DNA from: an uncultured Candidatus Cloacimonadota bacterium
GTDB taxonomy: Bacteria > Cloacimonadota > Cloacimonadia > Cloacimonadales > WRIO01
DNA length: 64,000 nucleotides
Assembly (NCBI GenBank): GCA_964573665.1
Contig: CAZNKI010000002.1
Location: 70,526-134,525, forward strand
Direction of reading: 5' to 3'
Shown here: positions 19,776 through 29,295 of the stretch, piece by piece
Position numbering within the stretch: the stretch's first letter is position 1
Layout of the letters: the number at the start of each line of letters is the position of its first letter
Made by a program: the position numbers and the translations under genes
The notes under the pieces: generated by a model
The model's database searches: none
Told to the model about the DNA's origin: nothing
What the model saw: only the letters and a program-made list of their open reading frames with translations

Positions 19776-20573
19776 TTGCTAATGGAAAATAAAGTAAAAA
19801 TTTTACTGCTCAATGAAGGCAAAGAAGACATTGCTTTCTTAACAAATTTACTCGAAAAATTGCGATTAAAAGTGATTCTTGTGAATTCAATCCCTGATGC
19901 AATTGCTGAACTCTATCGCAGTTATATATCTTTGAGTCTGATTATTATTTCGAAATCTCATCAATCACTTGATTTTCTTCTCCCTTTTAAACTTGAAAAT
20001 AAAGTGTTTATTCCTACCATAGCGATCAATATTGACTGTGAAATCACTGTCAAAGAACTTTATGATTTCGGCTTTGAAGATGTTTTTAGAGCCCCTTTTG
20101 ATGAACATCTGTTTAAACTTAGACTAAACTCATATCTCAAACTAAAAAGAATGAATGATAAAATTAATAACGAAAAACTTAAACTGGAAAAAGAAATTGA
20201 GTTTTCTATGCAGATTTTAAAATCAATAAACTTAGGGATACTCCTTTTTGATGATGAAGGAAAGATCCTTTTTGAAAACGAGAATGCAATTCTTTGTATT
20301 GGAAATTCTATCAATGAAAACATAAATCACTTGCTTAAATCAGATCGATTTATCACAGGGAAATCAGCTTATATTGATTTTTTAAATGAAGATTATCAAG
20401 ATTCTCTATATCTTACAACAAAAGATGGCAAATATCTTGAAATTAAAAGAATGTCCTTGATTGAGAATGCGAAATTGACACAGGGTGCTGTCATTATCAA
20501 TGAGTTGAACACTAGCTCGAAAGTAATGAAAGCAGATCATAAAACTTTAAAGTCTTTTCTAAAATATTTCTAA
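19776..20573 (+). CDS. Receiver-like (pseudo-REC) plus coiled coil plus PAS-like protein
   Basis: N-terminal 'KILLLNE...', 'IPTIAI', 'GFEDVFRAPF....FKLRLNSYLKLK' follows the REC fold without canonical D/K; then 'QILKSINLGILLFDDEGKILFEN', a PAS-like start. Confidence 0.5.
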   Translation: MLMENKVKILLLNEGKEDIAFLTNLLEKLRLKVILVNSIPDAIAELYRSYISLSLIIISKSHQSLDFLLPFKLENKVFIPTIAINIDCEITVKELYDFGFEDVFRAPFDEHLFKLRLNSYLKLKRMNDKINNEKLKLEKEIEFSMQILKSINLGILLFDDEGKILFENENAILCIGNSINENINHLLKSDRFITGKSAYIDFLNEDYQDSLYLTTKDGKYLEIKRMSLIENAKLTQGAVIINELNTSSKVMKADHKTLKSFLKYF

Positions 20574-20585
20574 CAGGAGTCTCTT

Positions 20586-21032
20586 GTGGAACATGAAGTG
20601 AAAACGATTTCTGAACGATCATTGATTTGGCTGAGACATGAAAATGATAAGTTTTATTCTTATCATTCACCCAATCAGATAATTCAAGCACTTAAAGATA
20701 AGAAGAAAATGTATTCCATTTCAAACTCTTCTCAGGAATCATTAATCACTCATTGTGAATTTGTCGGACAATTTGATCTTTACGAAGTAAAACTATTCTC
20801 TGGTTCTAAAATTATCTGTAATGAGTTTATTGAAGTTAATATTGAAAAATTATGGGTCCCAGTGAATGAGATTAACTTTTATGAACAATTGATTGAGTTT
20901 GATATCTATAGTAATCATTTTAAAGAAACTTACATTGTAGGTCTTACAGAAATTCCCAACAGTCGCGCTTGTGTGATTGATACTAGCGACCACATGGCTG
21001 TAATTAATAATTTTTTGGTTAAACTTCAATAA
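20586..21032 (+). CDS. Hypothetical protein, probable degenerate Hint (intein-like) fold
   Basis: GTG start after AGGAG. The order of segments matches Hint blocks by eye ('TISERSLIWL', 'LYEVKLFSGSKIIC', 'WVPVNEI', 'IVGLTE', 'VIDTSDHMAVINNFLVK'). Confidence 0.45.
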   Translation: MEHEVKTISERSLIWLRHENDKFYSYHSPNQIIQALKDKKKMYSISNSSQESLITHCEFVGQFDLYEVKLFSGSKIICNEFIEVNIEKLWVPVNEINFYEQLIEFDIYSNHFKETYIVGLTEIPNSRACVIDTSDHMAVINNFLVKLQ

Positions 21033-21130
21033 TTAATACGAGTAAAGATAGTTGCAAATAAACAAAAATTTTATATTTCTTCTTGACAGGATCATTTTCC
21101 TCTTAGATTTTGATCTCGGAGGATCTGATT

Positions 21131-23959
21131 ATGAAAGAAAAAATTATTATTAAAGGTGCTCATGAGCACAACCTAAAACACATTGATCTGGAAATACCCA
21201 GAAATGAACTTATCGTTTTTACAGGTGTTTCTGGTTCAGGAAAATCCTCTTTAGCATTTGATACCATTTATGCCGAAGGGCAAAGAAGATATGTCGAATC
21301 CCTCTCTGCTTATGCGCGTCAGTTTCTTGGTCAAATGGAAAAACCAAAGATTGATTATATCGAAGGACTCTCTCCTGCGATTTCTATAGATCAAAAAGCT
21401 GCCAGCAAAAACCCTCGATCAACTGTTGGAACTGTAACTGAAATTTATGATTACTTGCGTATCCTTTTTGCAAGAGTTGGTAAACAATACTGTCATATCT
21501 GTGGTGATGAAATTAGCTCGCAAAGCATTGATCAAATGGTCAATCGCCTGATGGAGTTGCCTGAAAAAACTAAGATTCAATTACTTTCTCCTCTGGTTCA
21601 AAATCGAAAAGGAGAACATAAAGACGAGTTAGACCATGTTAGAAAAGAAGGTTTTACAAAAGTTATTGTCAATGGACAACTTAGAGAATTAAGCGAAGAA
21701 ATTATCCTCGATAAAAAAAGTAAACATAATATTGATGTTTTAGTCGATAGAATAGTCATTAAGGAAGGGATTCAGTCAAGAATCTCTGACTCATTGGAAA
21801 CTGCGCTTAAGCTAAGTAACGGTGTTGTAAAAATCGATTATATTGATCATAATGAATTTGAGATTATGTCAGAGCATAACTCCTGTCCAAAATGCAATAC
21901 AAGTTATCCAGAGCTTTTACCTCAACATTTTTCTTTTAACAGCCCATTAGGGATGTGTCCCGTTTGTAACGGACTTGGTACAAAACTCGAGTTCGATCCA
22001 GATCTTATCATTCTTGATAAAACGCTATCAATAAACGATGGAGCGATCGTTCCTTGGGGAAAAATGAACGATAAAAAAAATAGTTGGACAATGGGGACTG
22101 TTGTTAAGATCGCCGAAGAATTCAATTTTTCCCTTGATGCCCCTTGGAATACTTTGTCTGAAGCTGTTCAAAATGTTATCCTTTATGGAACAAAAGGCAA
22201 AAGATTTAAGATACAATGGAAATCAACTCACGGACTTGGCGAATATATGGTCAAATTTGATGGGGTCATTCCGACGATGGAAAGAAGAATGCATGAAACA
22301 ACTTCAGAACCTATGCGCCAATGGTATATGCAATATATCTCTGATAAACCTTGCCCTGAATGTAATGGACAAAAACTGAAGGCTGAGTTTCTTGCAGTTC
22401 GCATTCAAAATGAAAATATCTCTACAATTACACAAAAAACAATTCAATCTGCCTTAGACTTTTTTACCCATTTAGAACTTTCTGGTAACAACTTGATTAT
22501 CGCAGAAGATATTTTAAAAGAATTAAGAAATCGTTTGGGCTTTTTAAATAATGTCGGTTTACATTATCTGAATCTTGCACGTAGATCTCCTACACTGTCA
22601 GGTGGTGAATCTCAGCGTATTCGCCTTGCCAGTCAAATTGGCAGCGGTCTTGTTGGGGTGTCGTATATTTTGGATGAGCCAAGTATTGGCTTACATCAGA
22701 GAGACAATGATCGCCTAATTGAGATGCTCCTTAAATTAAAAAATCTTGGAAATACTGTGATTGTTGTTGAACATGACGAAGATATGATGCGGGCTGCCGA
22801 CCAGATAGTTGATTTTGGACCTCGCGCTGGGATTAATGGAGGAGAAATTGTTGCTCAAGGAAATATTGATGCCATAAAAAAAAATCCACGCTCATTAACA
22901 GGAAAATATCTCTCGGGTCAATTGAATATCAATATGCCTGAAAATAGAAGACCAATGGGGGATCAGTTTATTTCAATTAAAGGAGCGAAACAAAATAATC
23001 TCAAAAACATTGATGTAAATATTCCTTTAGGTATGTTTGTTTGTGTGACTGGAGTCTCAGGATCTGGAAAAAGTTCTCTGATCAATCAGATTCTTTATCC
23101 TGCTGCTGCAAATAAATTGAATCGCGCAAATATCAAAGTTGGTGAACATGAAAGCATTCTTGGCTGGGATTACCTGGATAAGGTGATTGATATCGATCAA
23201 CAACCCATTGGTAGAACTCCACGGTCAAATCCAGCAACCTATATAAAACTTTTTGATTCGATTAGAGAGTTGTTTGCTGAAATTCCTGCTGCCAAAATTA
23301 AAGGCTTTAAATCAGGAAGATTCTCTTTTAATGTCAAAGGGGGGAGATGTGAAGCCTGCGAAGGTGGAGGTGTTAAACTCATCGAAATGCATTTCCTTGC
23401 AGATGTTTATGTCACCTGTGAAGTGTGTAAAGGAAAAAGATATAACCAGGAAACACTCTCTGTGAAGTATAAAGGAAAAAGTATCTCTGACGTTCTGAAT
23501 ATGGATGTTCAAGAGTCCTTGAATCTCTTTGAAAATATTCCTAATATCGCAAAAAAACTGCAAACCCTTATGGATGTTGGTTTAGATTATATTAAGCTTG
23601 GTCAATCTGCAACAACACTTTCTGGTGGAGAAGCCCAAAGAATCAAACTTGCAAAAGAACTTTCCAAAACTTCTACGGGTCAGACTTTATATATTCTCGA
23701 TGAACCCACCACTGGACTTCATTTTGATGATATTAATAAATTATTGGTTGTGCTACAAAGATTAGTCGATATGGGTAATTCTGTAATCGTTATTGAACAT
23801 AATCTTGATGTGATTAAATGTGCAGATTATATCATTGATCTTGGTCCAGAAGGCGGTGATGCCGGGGGTACTATAGTCGCTGAAGGTACTCCTGAGTATC
23901 TGTGCAGCGTGAAGAAGTCTTTTACTGGTAAATATCTGAAGAAACACTTAAAAGGATAA
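21131..23959 (+). CDS. uvrA: Excinuclease ABC subunit A
   Basis: Two '[10 protein letters not shown]' Walker A motifs, '[12 protein letters not shown]', '[12 protein letters not shown]' and CxxC zinc modules; ATG at 21131. Confidence 0.98.
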   Translation: MKEKIIIKGAHEHNLKHIDLEIPRNELIVFTGVSGSGKSSLAFDTIYAEGQRRYVESLSAYARQFLGQMEKPKIDYIEGLSPAISIDQKAASKNPRSTVGTVTEIYDYLRILFARVGKQYCHICGDEISSQSIDQMVNRLMELPEKTKIQLLSPLVQNRKGEHKDELDHVRKEGFTKVIVNGQLRELSEEIILDKKSKHNIDVLVDRIVIKEGIQSRISDSLETALKLSNGVVKIDYIDHNEFEIMSEHNSCPKCNTSYPELLPQHFSFNSPLGMCPVCNGLGTKLEFDPDLIILDKTLSINDGAIVPWGKMNDKKNSWTMGTVVKIAEEFNFSLDAPWNTLSEAVQNVILYGTKGKRFKIQWKSTHGLGEYMVKFDGVIPTMERRMHETTSEPMRQWYMQYISDKPCPECNGQKLKAEFLAVRIQNENISTITQKTIQSALDFFTHLELSGNNLIIAEDILKELRNRLGFLNNVGLHYLNLARRSPTLSGGESQRIRLASQIGSGLVGVSYILDEPSIGLHQRDNDRLIEMLLKLKNLGNTVIVVEHDEDMMRAADQIVDFGPRAGINGGEIVAQGNIDAIKKNPRSLTGKYLSGQLNINMPENRRPMGDQFISIKGAKQNNLKNIDVNIPLGMFVCVTGVSGSGKSSLINQILYPAAANKLNRANIKVGEHESILGWDYLDKVIDIDQQPIGRTPRSNPATYIKLFDSIRELFAEIPAAKIKGFKSGRFSFNVKGGRCEACEGGGVKLIEMHFLADVYVTCEVCKGKRYNQETLSVKYKGKSISDVLNMDVQESLNLFENIPNIAKKLQTLMDVGLDYIKLGQSATTLSGGEAQRIKLAKELSKTSTGQTLYILDEPTTGLHFDDINKLLVVLQRLVDMGNSVIVIEHNLDVIKCADYIIDLGPEGGDAGGTIVAEGTPEYLCSVKKSFTGKYLKKHLKG

Positions 23960-23961
23960 TA

Positions 23962-25407
23962 ATGCTCTTTAACTCGATCGACTTTGCAATATTTCTACCC
24001 ATCGTTTTTATTCTTTATTGGTTTGTTTTTCAGCATTCGATTAAAAAACAGAATGTTCTCTTATTAGTTGCAAGTTATTTCTTCTATGGATATTGGGATT
24101 GGAGATTTTTATCGCTCTTATTCATTAGTTCAATAGCAGATTATATTATCGGGATATCATTAGGAAAAACAGACAATCAAAGCAAGAGAAAGCTTCTTCT
24201 TAGTGCGAGTTTATTGATAAATCTGGGCTTGTTAGGCTTTTTCAAATACTTCAATTTTTTTGCTGAATCTTTCGAACAAGCGTTTACTATCTTTGGCCAT
24301 CATATACAGGCTGATCGATTAAAACTAATTTTACCCGTCGGTATTAGCTTTTATACCTTCCAGACCTTGAGTTACAGCATAGATGTTTATCGTAAAAAAA
24401 TAATTCCAACACATGATTTTATTGGCTTTATAACCTTTGTCTCTTTTTTCCCTCAACTTGTCGCCGGACCTATTGAACGTGCCTCACATTTGCTTCCTCA
24501 GTTTCAAAAACCAAGATGTTTTGATATAGATTTAGCAAAAGATGGACTAAGACAAATTCTCTGGGGTCTTTTTAAAAAGATGGTGATTGCAGATAATTGT
24601 GCTGAATTGGCAAATCAAATATTTGCAAATTATCCTTCTTATAATGGATCGACCTTGCTTTTAGGCGCTTTTCTCTTCTCCATTCAGATTTATGGTGATT
24701 TTTCGGGCTATTCAGATATCGCGATTGGGACTGCACGCTTATTTAGTTTTTCATTAATGAAAAATTTTAATTATCCCTACTTTTCTCGTAATATTGCTGA
24801 ATTTTGGAGAAGATGGCATATCTCTTTATCAACTTGGTTTAGAGATTATGTTTATTTTCCACTTGGGGGAAGTTTTGGAAACCAGTTTCAGAAAATTAGA
24901 AATGTGCTGATTATTTTTGTGCTCAGTGGGTTTTGGCATGGAGCAAACTGGACTTTTATGGTTTGGGGCTTTCTCAACGCTTTGTATTATTTACCTTCTT
25001 TACTCAGTAAAACTAATCGAAAATATGCAGAAACGATTGCTCCAAATAGAATTCTCCCAAATCTTATTGAATTATTTCAAATGCTTTTAACAAATATGCT
25101 GATTATCTTTGCATGGATTTTCTTTCGCGCTCAAAGTGTATCTGATGCACTTTTATACATAAATGGAATTCTGTCTCCGACACTTTTTTACCCCTTAGAT
25201 TTGATGAATGGAAAAATGATCGCTACATTAACGCTTGTGCTTGTCTTCATAATTATTGAGTGGATCGGTCGTAATAATAATTTCGCTTTAGAAAAATTAA
25301 AGTATTTAAGTTTTAGACCCTACAGATGGTCGATTTATTATCTTCTCATCATTGTTCTTTTTATCTTCACAGGAAAAGAACAGCAATTTATTTATTTTCA
25401 GTTTTAA
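23962..25407 (+). CDS. MBOAT-family O-acyltransferase (AlgI/DltB-like)
   Basis: 'LPVGISFYTFQ', 'FFPQLVAGPI', 'DFSGYSDIAIG', 'FWRRWHISLSTWFRDYVY', 'SGFWHGA'. Confidence 0.93.
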   Translation: MLFNSIDFAIFLPIVFILYWFVFQHSIKKQNVLLLVASYFFYGYWDWRFLSLLFISSIADYIIGISLGKTDNQSKRKLLLSASLLINLGLLGFFKYFNFFAESFEQAFTIFGHHIQADRLKLILPVGISFYTFQTLSYSIDVYRKKIIPTHDFIGFITFVSFFPQLVAGPIERASHLLPQFQKPRCFDIDLAKDGLRQILWGLFKKMVIADNCAELANQIFANYPSYNGSTLLLGAFLFSIQIYGDFSGYSDIAIGTARLFSFSLMKNFNYPYFSRNIAEFWRRWHISLSTWFRDYVYFPLGGSFGNQFQKIRNVLIIFVLSGFWHGANWTFMVWGFLNALYYLPSLLSKTNRKYAETIAPNRILPNLIELFQMLLTNMLIIFAWIFFRAQSVSDALLYINGILSPTLFYPLDLMNGKMIATLTLVLVFIIIEWIGRNNNFALEKLKYLSFRPYRWSIYYLLIIVLFIFTGKEQQFIYFQF

Positions 25408-25409
25408 AT

Positions 25410-26330
25410 ATGAAGACACTACATTCTTTTACAAAGTATTTCATTATCTTCCTGATTCCAATCCTTGTTTTAGGAATAATAATGGAAATCGCTCTGAGAA
25501 ATATTCCTAATGATTATCGAAATAAATATCAAACATTTAACAAAGTTGCTGATGAAACACAAATATTAATACTTGGAAATTCACATACACTACATGATCT
25601 TAATCCTGCATTTTTTTCCAAAATAACCTTTAATTATGCCAATCCATCACAGTTATATTTTTTCGATGAACTTATCTTAAAGTCTTATATTAAAAAAATG
25701 AATCATCTGGAATGGATCATTTTACCTGTTTCTTACTTCTCATATTATAGAACTCGTGAAGATTCTGAAGAAATGTGGAGATTTAAAAACTATGTACTCT
25801 ATTCTAAAGTTTACAAAAGTCCACAGATTAAAGACAATTCTGAAGTTTTAGGTAATCAGTTCCGCTTTAATCTCAGAAGATTATACAAAAATTATGTGGT
25901 AAAAGAACCTAATGCAGTGTGCGATTCATTAGGATTTGCTTATAACTATCTTTTAAAAGATAAACAAGATCTGAAAAAGACTGCGAAACATACCATAAAA
26001 TCTCATGATAAAGGGAATGAAGAAAGCATTGCTGTTAATATTGAACTTCTGAAAAGAGTCATCAAGATGGCGCAGGAGCGGAATGTTAAGGTATTATTGA
26101 TTACACCCCCAGGATCAAAAGATTATCAAAAATTACTCAATTCCAATAAATTAAAGAAAGTAATCAATATCAGCACTAATCTTACTAAATATAAGGATGT
26201 CTTCTACATTAATATGCTTTCTGACCCAAGATTTAATGACACAGATTTCTATGATTCTGACCATCTAAATGTCGATGGAGCAGAAAAACTCTCAAAAATT
26301 ATCAATCATTACATCACAAAACACCAGTAG
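25410..26330 (+). CDS. SGNH-like partner of the MBOAT acyltransferase
   Basis: ATG at 25410; N-terminal TM helix; 'ILGNSH' and C-terminal 'FYDSDHLN..GA' (GxS...DxxH). Confidence 0.7.
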   Translation: MKTLHSFTKYFIIFLIPILVLGIIMEIALRNIPNDYRNKYQTFNKVADETQILILGNSHTLHDLNPAFFSKITFNYANPSQLYFFDELILKSYIKKMNHLEWIILPVSYFSYYRTREDSEEMWRFKNYVLYSKVYKSPQIKDNSEVLGNQFRFNLRRLYKNYVVKEPNAVCDSLGFAYNYLLKDKQDLKKTAKHTIKSHDKGNEESIAVNIELLKRVIKMAQERNVKVLLITPPGSKDYQKLLNSNKLKKVINISTNLTKYKDVFYINMLSDPRFNDTDFYDSDHLNVDGAEKLSKIINHYITKHQ

Positions 26331-26351
26331 AGACGCGATTTATCGCGTCTA
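26327..26351 (+). repeat. GTAG-tagged REP-like palindrome (family A)
   Basis: GTAGAGACGCGATTTATCGCGTCTA; stem AGACGCGAT/ATCGCGTCT; second copy at 28801..28825. Confidence 0.85.
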
Positions 26352-26362
26352 TAAAATTATCA

Positions 26363-26386
26363 GTATCGCAACCTACCAGCTTGCTA
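26363..26386 (+). repeat. REP-like palindrome, CTACCAG-core family (family B)
   Basis: GTATCGCAACCTACCAGCTTGCTA; related copies at 45765, 46093, 46439 and 46534. Confidence 0.6.
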
Positions 26387-26391
26387 TTCAT

Positions 26392-26417
26392 GGGAGCGTG
26401 GACGTCCTCGTTCACGA
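26392..26417 (+). repeat. GGAG-tagged REP-like palindrome (family C)
   Basis: GGGAGCGTGGACGTCCTCGTTCACGA; copies at 29868..29891 and 46115..46138. A related GAGAACGTAGGCGCCCTCACCTACG lies at 26426..26450. Confidence 0.8.
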
Positions 26418-26563
26418 AATCACCTGAGAACGTAGGCGCCCTCACCTACGTTAATCTTTTCAATTTCTTTTAAATTGTTTTCTATTTTTATATCAACTAT
26501 TTAAATTAATGTTCTTATATCTGAGAATTTATTTGTTATTCAAAAAAAATATAAAAAAAGATA

Positions 26564-26592
26564 TTGACAGTAAATAAAAAACAATCTACTTT
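26564..26592 (+). promoter_or_regulatory. Sigma70-like promoter
   Basis: TTGACA-17 nt-TACTTT upstream of RBS GAGGAGG and ATG 26626. Confidence 0.55.
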
Positions 26593-26625
26593 TGATTCAT
26601 GAGACAAATTGAAGAGGAGGACATT

Positions 26626-28731
26626 ATGAAGAAAAAAATTGTATTTTTACTACAATTATTTCTGGTAATTGGTTTATTTGCAGAAGTTCAATCAGAAGTT
26701 AATCGACCAATGCCACTAAATGAACAAAACAAATTATCAAAAACAACGACCAGTATGAGAATTATTCCCGATGCTGAATTTGTCGTAAATCCTGTTACCG
26801 TCAAACAAGACAGTTATCATTCCTATCTCCCTGGCGGTATGTATGGATATCCTATTGAGTTACAAAATAATGGATTATCTCTCTATATGACTTATATGTT
26901 TAGAGCAAGCGCTTCAAGTTATAGATCACAAAGAATCGCTTTCGTTGAAACGAATGGAAATGTTGGTCAAGAAAGACAACTTACAACTGAAGCAATGAAT
27001 GAAGGTTTTGGTTCTTTAGCAATTGATCCAGTTACAGACAATCCTTTTTTTACCTGGCATGCTAAATACTCTGAAATGACAAAATTGAATTGCTATATCA
27101 CTGCAGATAAATATCATCTCAATGAAGGTCCTGGTTTTTTCTTCCCTAAATCAATTGTGATAGATAATGAACCTAATGATGATGCAAATATCTATATTTG
27201 GCCAGTTGTTTTTGTTGGACCTTCACCAAATCCTGAAAACCGAAGACTGCATATCTTTGCATCTAATTCTGGTACTCGTCCAAATGGATATCCTGCTTCA
27301 AATGTTAAATACGCTTGGGCTGATTTTTCAAATGATACCTTCGCTCTGGACTCTCTTAACCTTGTTTGGCATTATGTTTCTTTCCCTTACTTAGATGCAA
27401 TCCACAATACTCCAAAATTAGCAAGAGCTTATCCGACCTTTGCTGTTAAGGATAATGTGGTAGCAATTGGGGGCTTTGTTTCTGCTGAGGAAGGAATTAC
27501 AGATACTGATGTGGATTCAACAATGTTGTATGAAGCTCATGATACATTTTTCTTAGTGAATGAAAATTATGGCGAAGGGTCTTTTGAAACTTATACCTTT
27601 AATACAAGTCGTTCTATTCCTGCACCAATAAATCAGGATGGTTCAGTTTTCCCTGTAAATACTTCAGATTTTAAGATAGAAAGCTCTTATTCTAATCATA
27701 GAGAATTGTCGATTGATAATAACGGTAATATTCATTTTCCTGGTAACTATGTTTGTACATTCAGTGATGATACAGATGGTCGAAAGTACTGGCCATTGAC
27801 ACAGTATGTTAAAGATGTTAAATTTAATAGGAATACTCATGAGATTTCTGTTGTAGATGTTCAACCTAAAGGTGATTATCCTAATGATAATTTATTAACG
27901 ATTCCTTGGGATTTTAATGAGGATGGTAATCCTGATACATATAATGAAGATGGTGAATGGGAGTATCAATGTGCTCAACTCCCAATAACCTATCACGATA
28001 TGAGTGATGCATTTCACTATAATTATTTTAGATTAACTCAAGCAAATGAAAACGGATGGATGGCAATGGTTTGGAGTGATACTTATAAAGCATATCAATA
28101 CCATGTAAATGAAGATCCTGATTATGCCACTTTTGCTAACGCTCCAGAAGTTTATATGGCATTTTCTGCTGATAATGGCAATCATTGGTCAGACCCTGTT
28201 ATTATGAACGCAGTTCCATCAGATAACGATCCAGCAAATGGTCATTATAACTCCGCTTTTGAAGGTATGATACCGACCTGGTTTTATGTAGCGCCTAAGG
28301 TTGAAACCATGGATGAAAATTGGGGTAGAATCCATATTATGTTCACTAATGCAGATTCATATAATAATTTAATTGGTAAGGGAAATATCATGTACACATC
28401 AATAAAAGTTGATTTTGGTCCATTGACTGTAAATAATCCTGTAGCGATTGCAAAGCCAGTTATCCTAAATCAAAACTACCCAAACCCTTTCAATCCAACA
28501 ACAAATATTAGCTTTGAACTCAAACAAACTGAAAAAGTCAATCTATCAATCTACAATATCAAAGGCCAGTTAGTCAAAACGCTTTCAAATGATACATATT
28601 CAATTGGCTCTCATATAATCACCTGGAATGGTGAAGATGATCGTAATAATCTCGTTTCAAGTGGTATTTATTTCTACAAATTAAGTACACCAACTCACGA
28701 CGAAGTAAAGAAAATGATTTTATTGAAATAA
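26626..28731 (+). CDS. Secreted protein with T9SS type-A / FlgD-Ig-like C-terminal domain
   Basis: Signal peptide 'MKKKIVFLLQLFLVIGLFA'; C-terminal 'LNQNYPNPFNPTTNISF...IYNIKGQLVKTL...WNG.D.....SSGIYFYKL'; N-terminal region of unknown function. Confidence 0.85.
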   Translation: MKKKIVFLLQLFLVIGLFAEVQSEVNRPMPLNEQNKLSKTTTSMRIIPDAEFVVNPVTVKQDSYHSYLPGGMYGYPIELQNNGLSLYMTYMFRASASSYRSQRIAFVETNGNVGQERQLTTEAMNEGFGSLAIDPVTDNPFFTWHAKYSEMTKLNCYITADKYHLNEGPGFFFPKSIVIDNEPNDDANIYIWPVVFVGPSPNPENRRLHIFASNSGTRPNGYPASNVKYAWADFSNDTFALDSLNLVWHYVSFPYLDAIHNTPKLARAYPTFAVKDNVVAIGGFVSAEEGITDTDVDSTMLYEAHDTFFLVNENYGEGSFETYTFNTSRSIPAPINQDGSVFPVNTSDFKIESSYSNHRELSIDNNGNIHFPGNYVCTFSDDTDGRKYWPLTQYVKDVKFNRNTHEISVVDVQPKGDYPNDNLLTIPWDFNEDGNPDTYNEDGEWEYQCAQLPITYHDMSDAFHYNYFRLTQANENGWMAMVWSDTYKAYQYHVNEDPDYATFANAPEVYMAFSADNGNHWSDPVIMNAVPSDNDPANGHYNSAFEGMIPTWFYVAPKVETMDENWGRIHIMFTNADSYNNLIGKGNIMYTSIKVDFGPLTVNNPVAIAKPVILNQNYPNPFNPTTNISFELKQTEKVNLSIYNIKGQLVKTLSNDTYSIGSHIITWNGEDDRNNLVSSGIYFYKLSTPTHDEVKKMILLK

Positions 28732-28752
28732 CTCATGATTATAAAACATACT

Positions 28753-28782
28753 AAAAGAGCGGGATAATCTCGCTCTTTTTTT
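28753..28782 (+). terminator. Intrinsic terminator
   Basis: AAAAGAGCG-loop-CGCTCTTTT followed by more T residues. Confidence 0.75.
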
Positions 28783-28800
28783 GTAAATAACTTTATATTA

Positions 28801-28825
28801 GTAGAGACGCGATTCATCGCGTCTA
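28801..28825 (+). repeat. GTAG-tagged REP-like palindrome (family A, copy 2)
   Basis: GTAGAGACGCGATTCATCGCGTCTA differs from the 26327 copy only in the loop base. Confidence 0.85.
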
Positions 28826-28890
28826 TGATTATATACTATTTACATCAATTCTTCGTTCTGTAAACATCCCAGTCTCAGCTTAAATCGGCT

Positions 28891-28928
28891 GTAGGGATGT
28901 TCGAAACGAAGTGCCGTACATCCGAAAA
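28891..28928 (+). repeat. GTAGGGATG...CATCCGAAA REP-like element (family D)
   Basis: GTAGGGATGTTCGAAACGAAGTGCCGTACATCCGAAAA; inverted relative at 46269..46305; its 3' 19 bp recur at 29212..29230. Confidence 0.7.
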
Positions 28929-28985
28929 AGTATAATCAACGACCAATAAAAATCATCCGGCACAGCAATGTCAACGACCAGCTCC

Positions 28986-29032
28986 ATTCCCCTATGTGGA
29001 GGGGTGGACGCCTTGGCGGACGGGGTGGTCAT
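28986..29032 (+). repeat. 47-bp GC-rich dispersed element (family E)
   Basis: ATTCCCCTATGTGGAGGGGTGGACGCCTTGGCGGACGGGGTGGTCAT; 44/47 identical to 46181..46227. Confidence 0.85.
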
Positions 29033-29295
29033 GTAAAATTGCATCTTTTTTTGATGCAAGTAGCGTTAAATAATGGTAAATTATATGTGGTAAATGATGA
29101 ATTGATTTGGATTTAGAATGGAATGTTTTTTAAGACCCCACGCTTCACTACCTTCCACTCTGGGTGAAAGATGATCGTATTTGTCATTTTGCCGGAGTAT
29201 TCAGTCTAAGTAGTGCCGTACATCCGAAAACAAAGAAGAACAACAATCTCAACACATTCCGAAACATCAACTTAAGCGATCTTCTCAATTTCACT

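Noticed and set aside
20586-21032. Active intein or split intein
   Set aside because: No N-terminal Cys/Ser nucleophile, no TxxH, no terminal His-Asn, and no extein or partner fragment seen.
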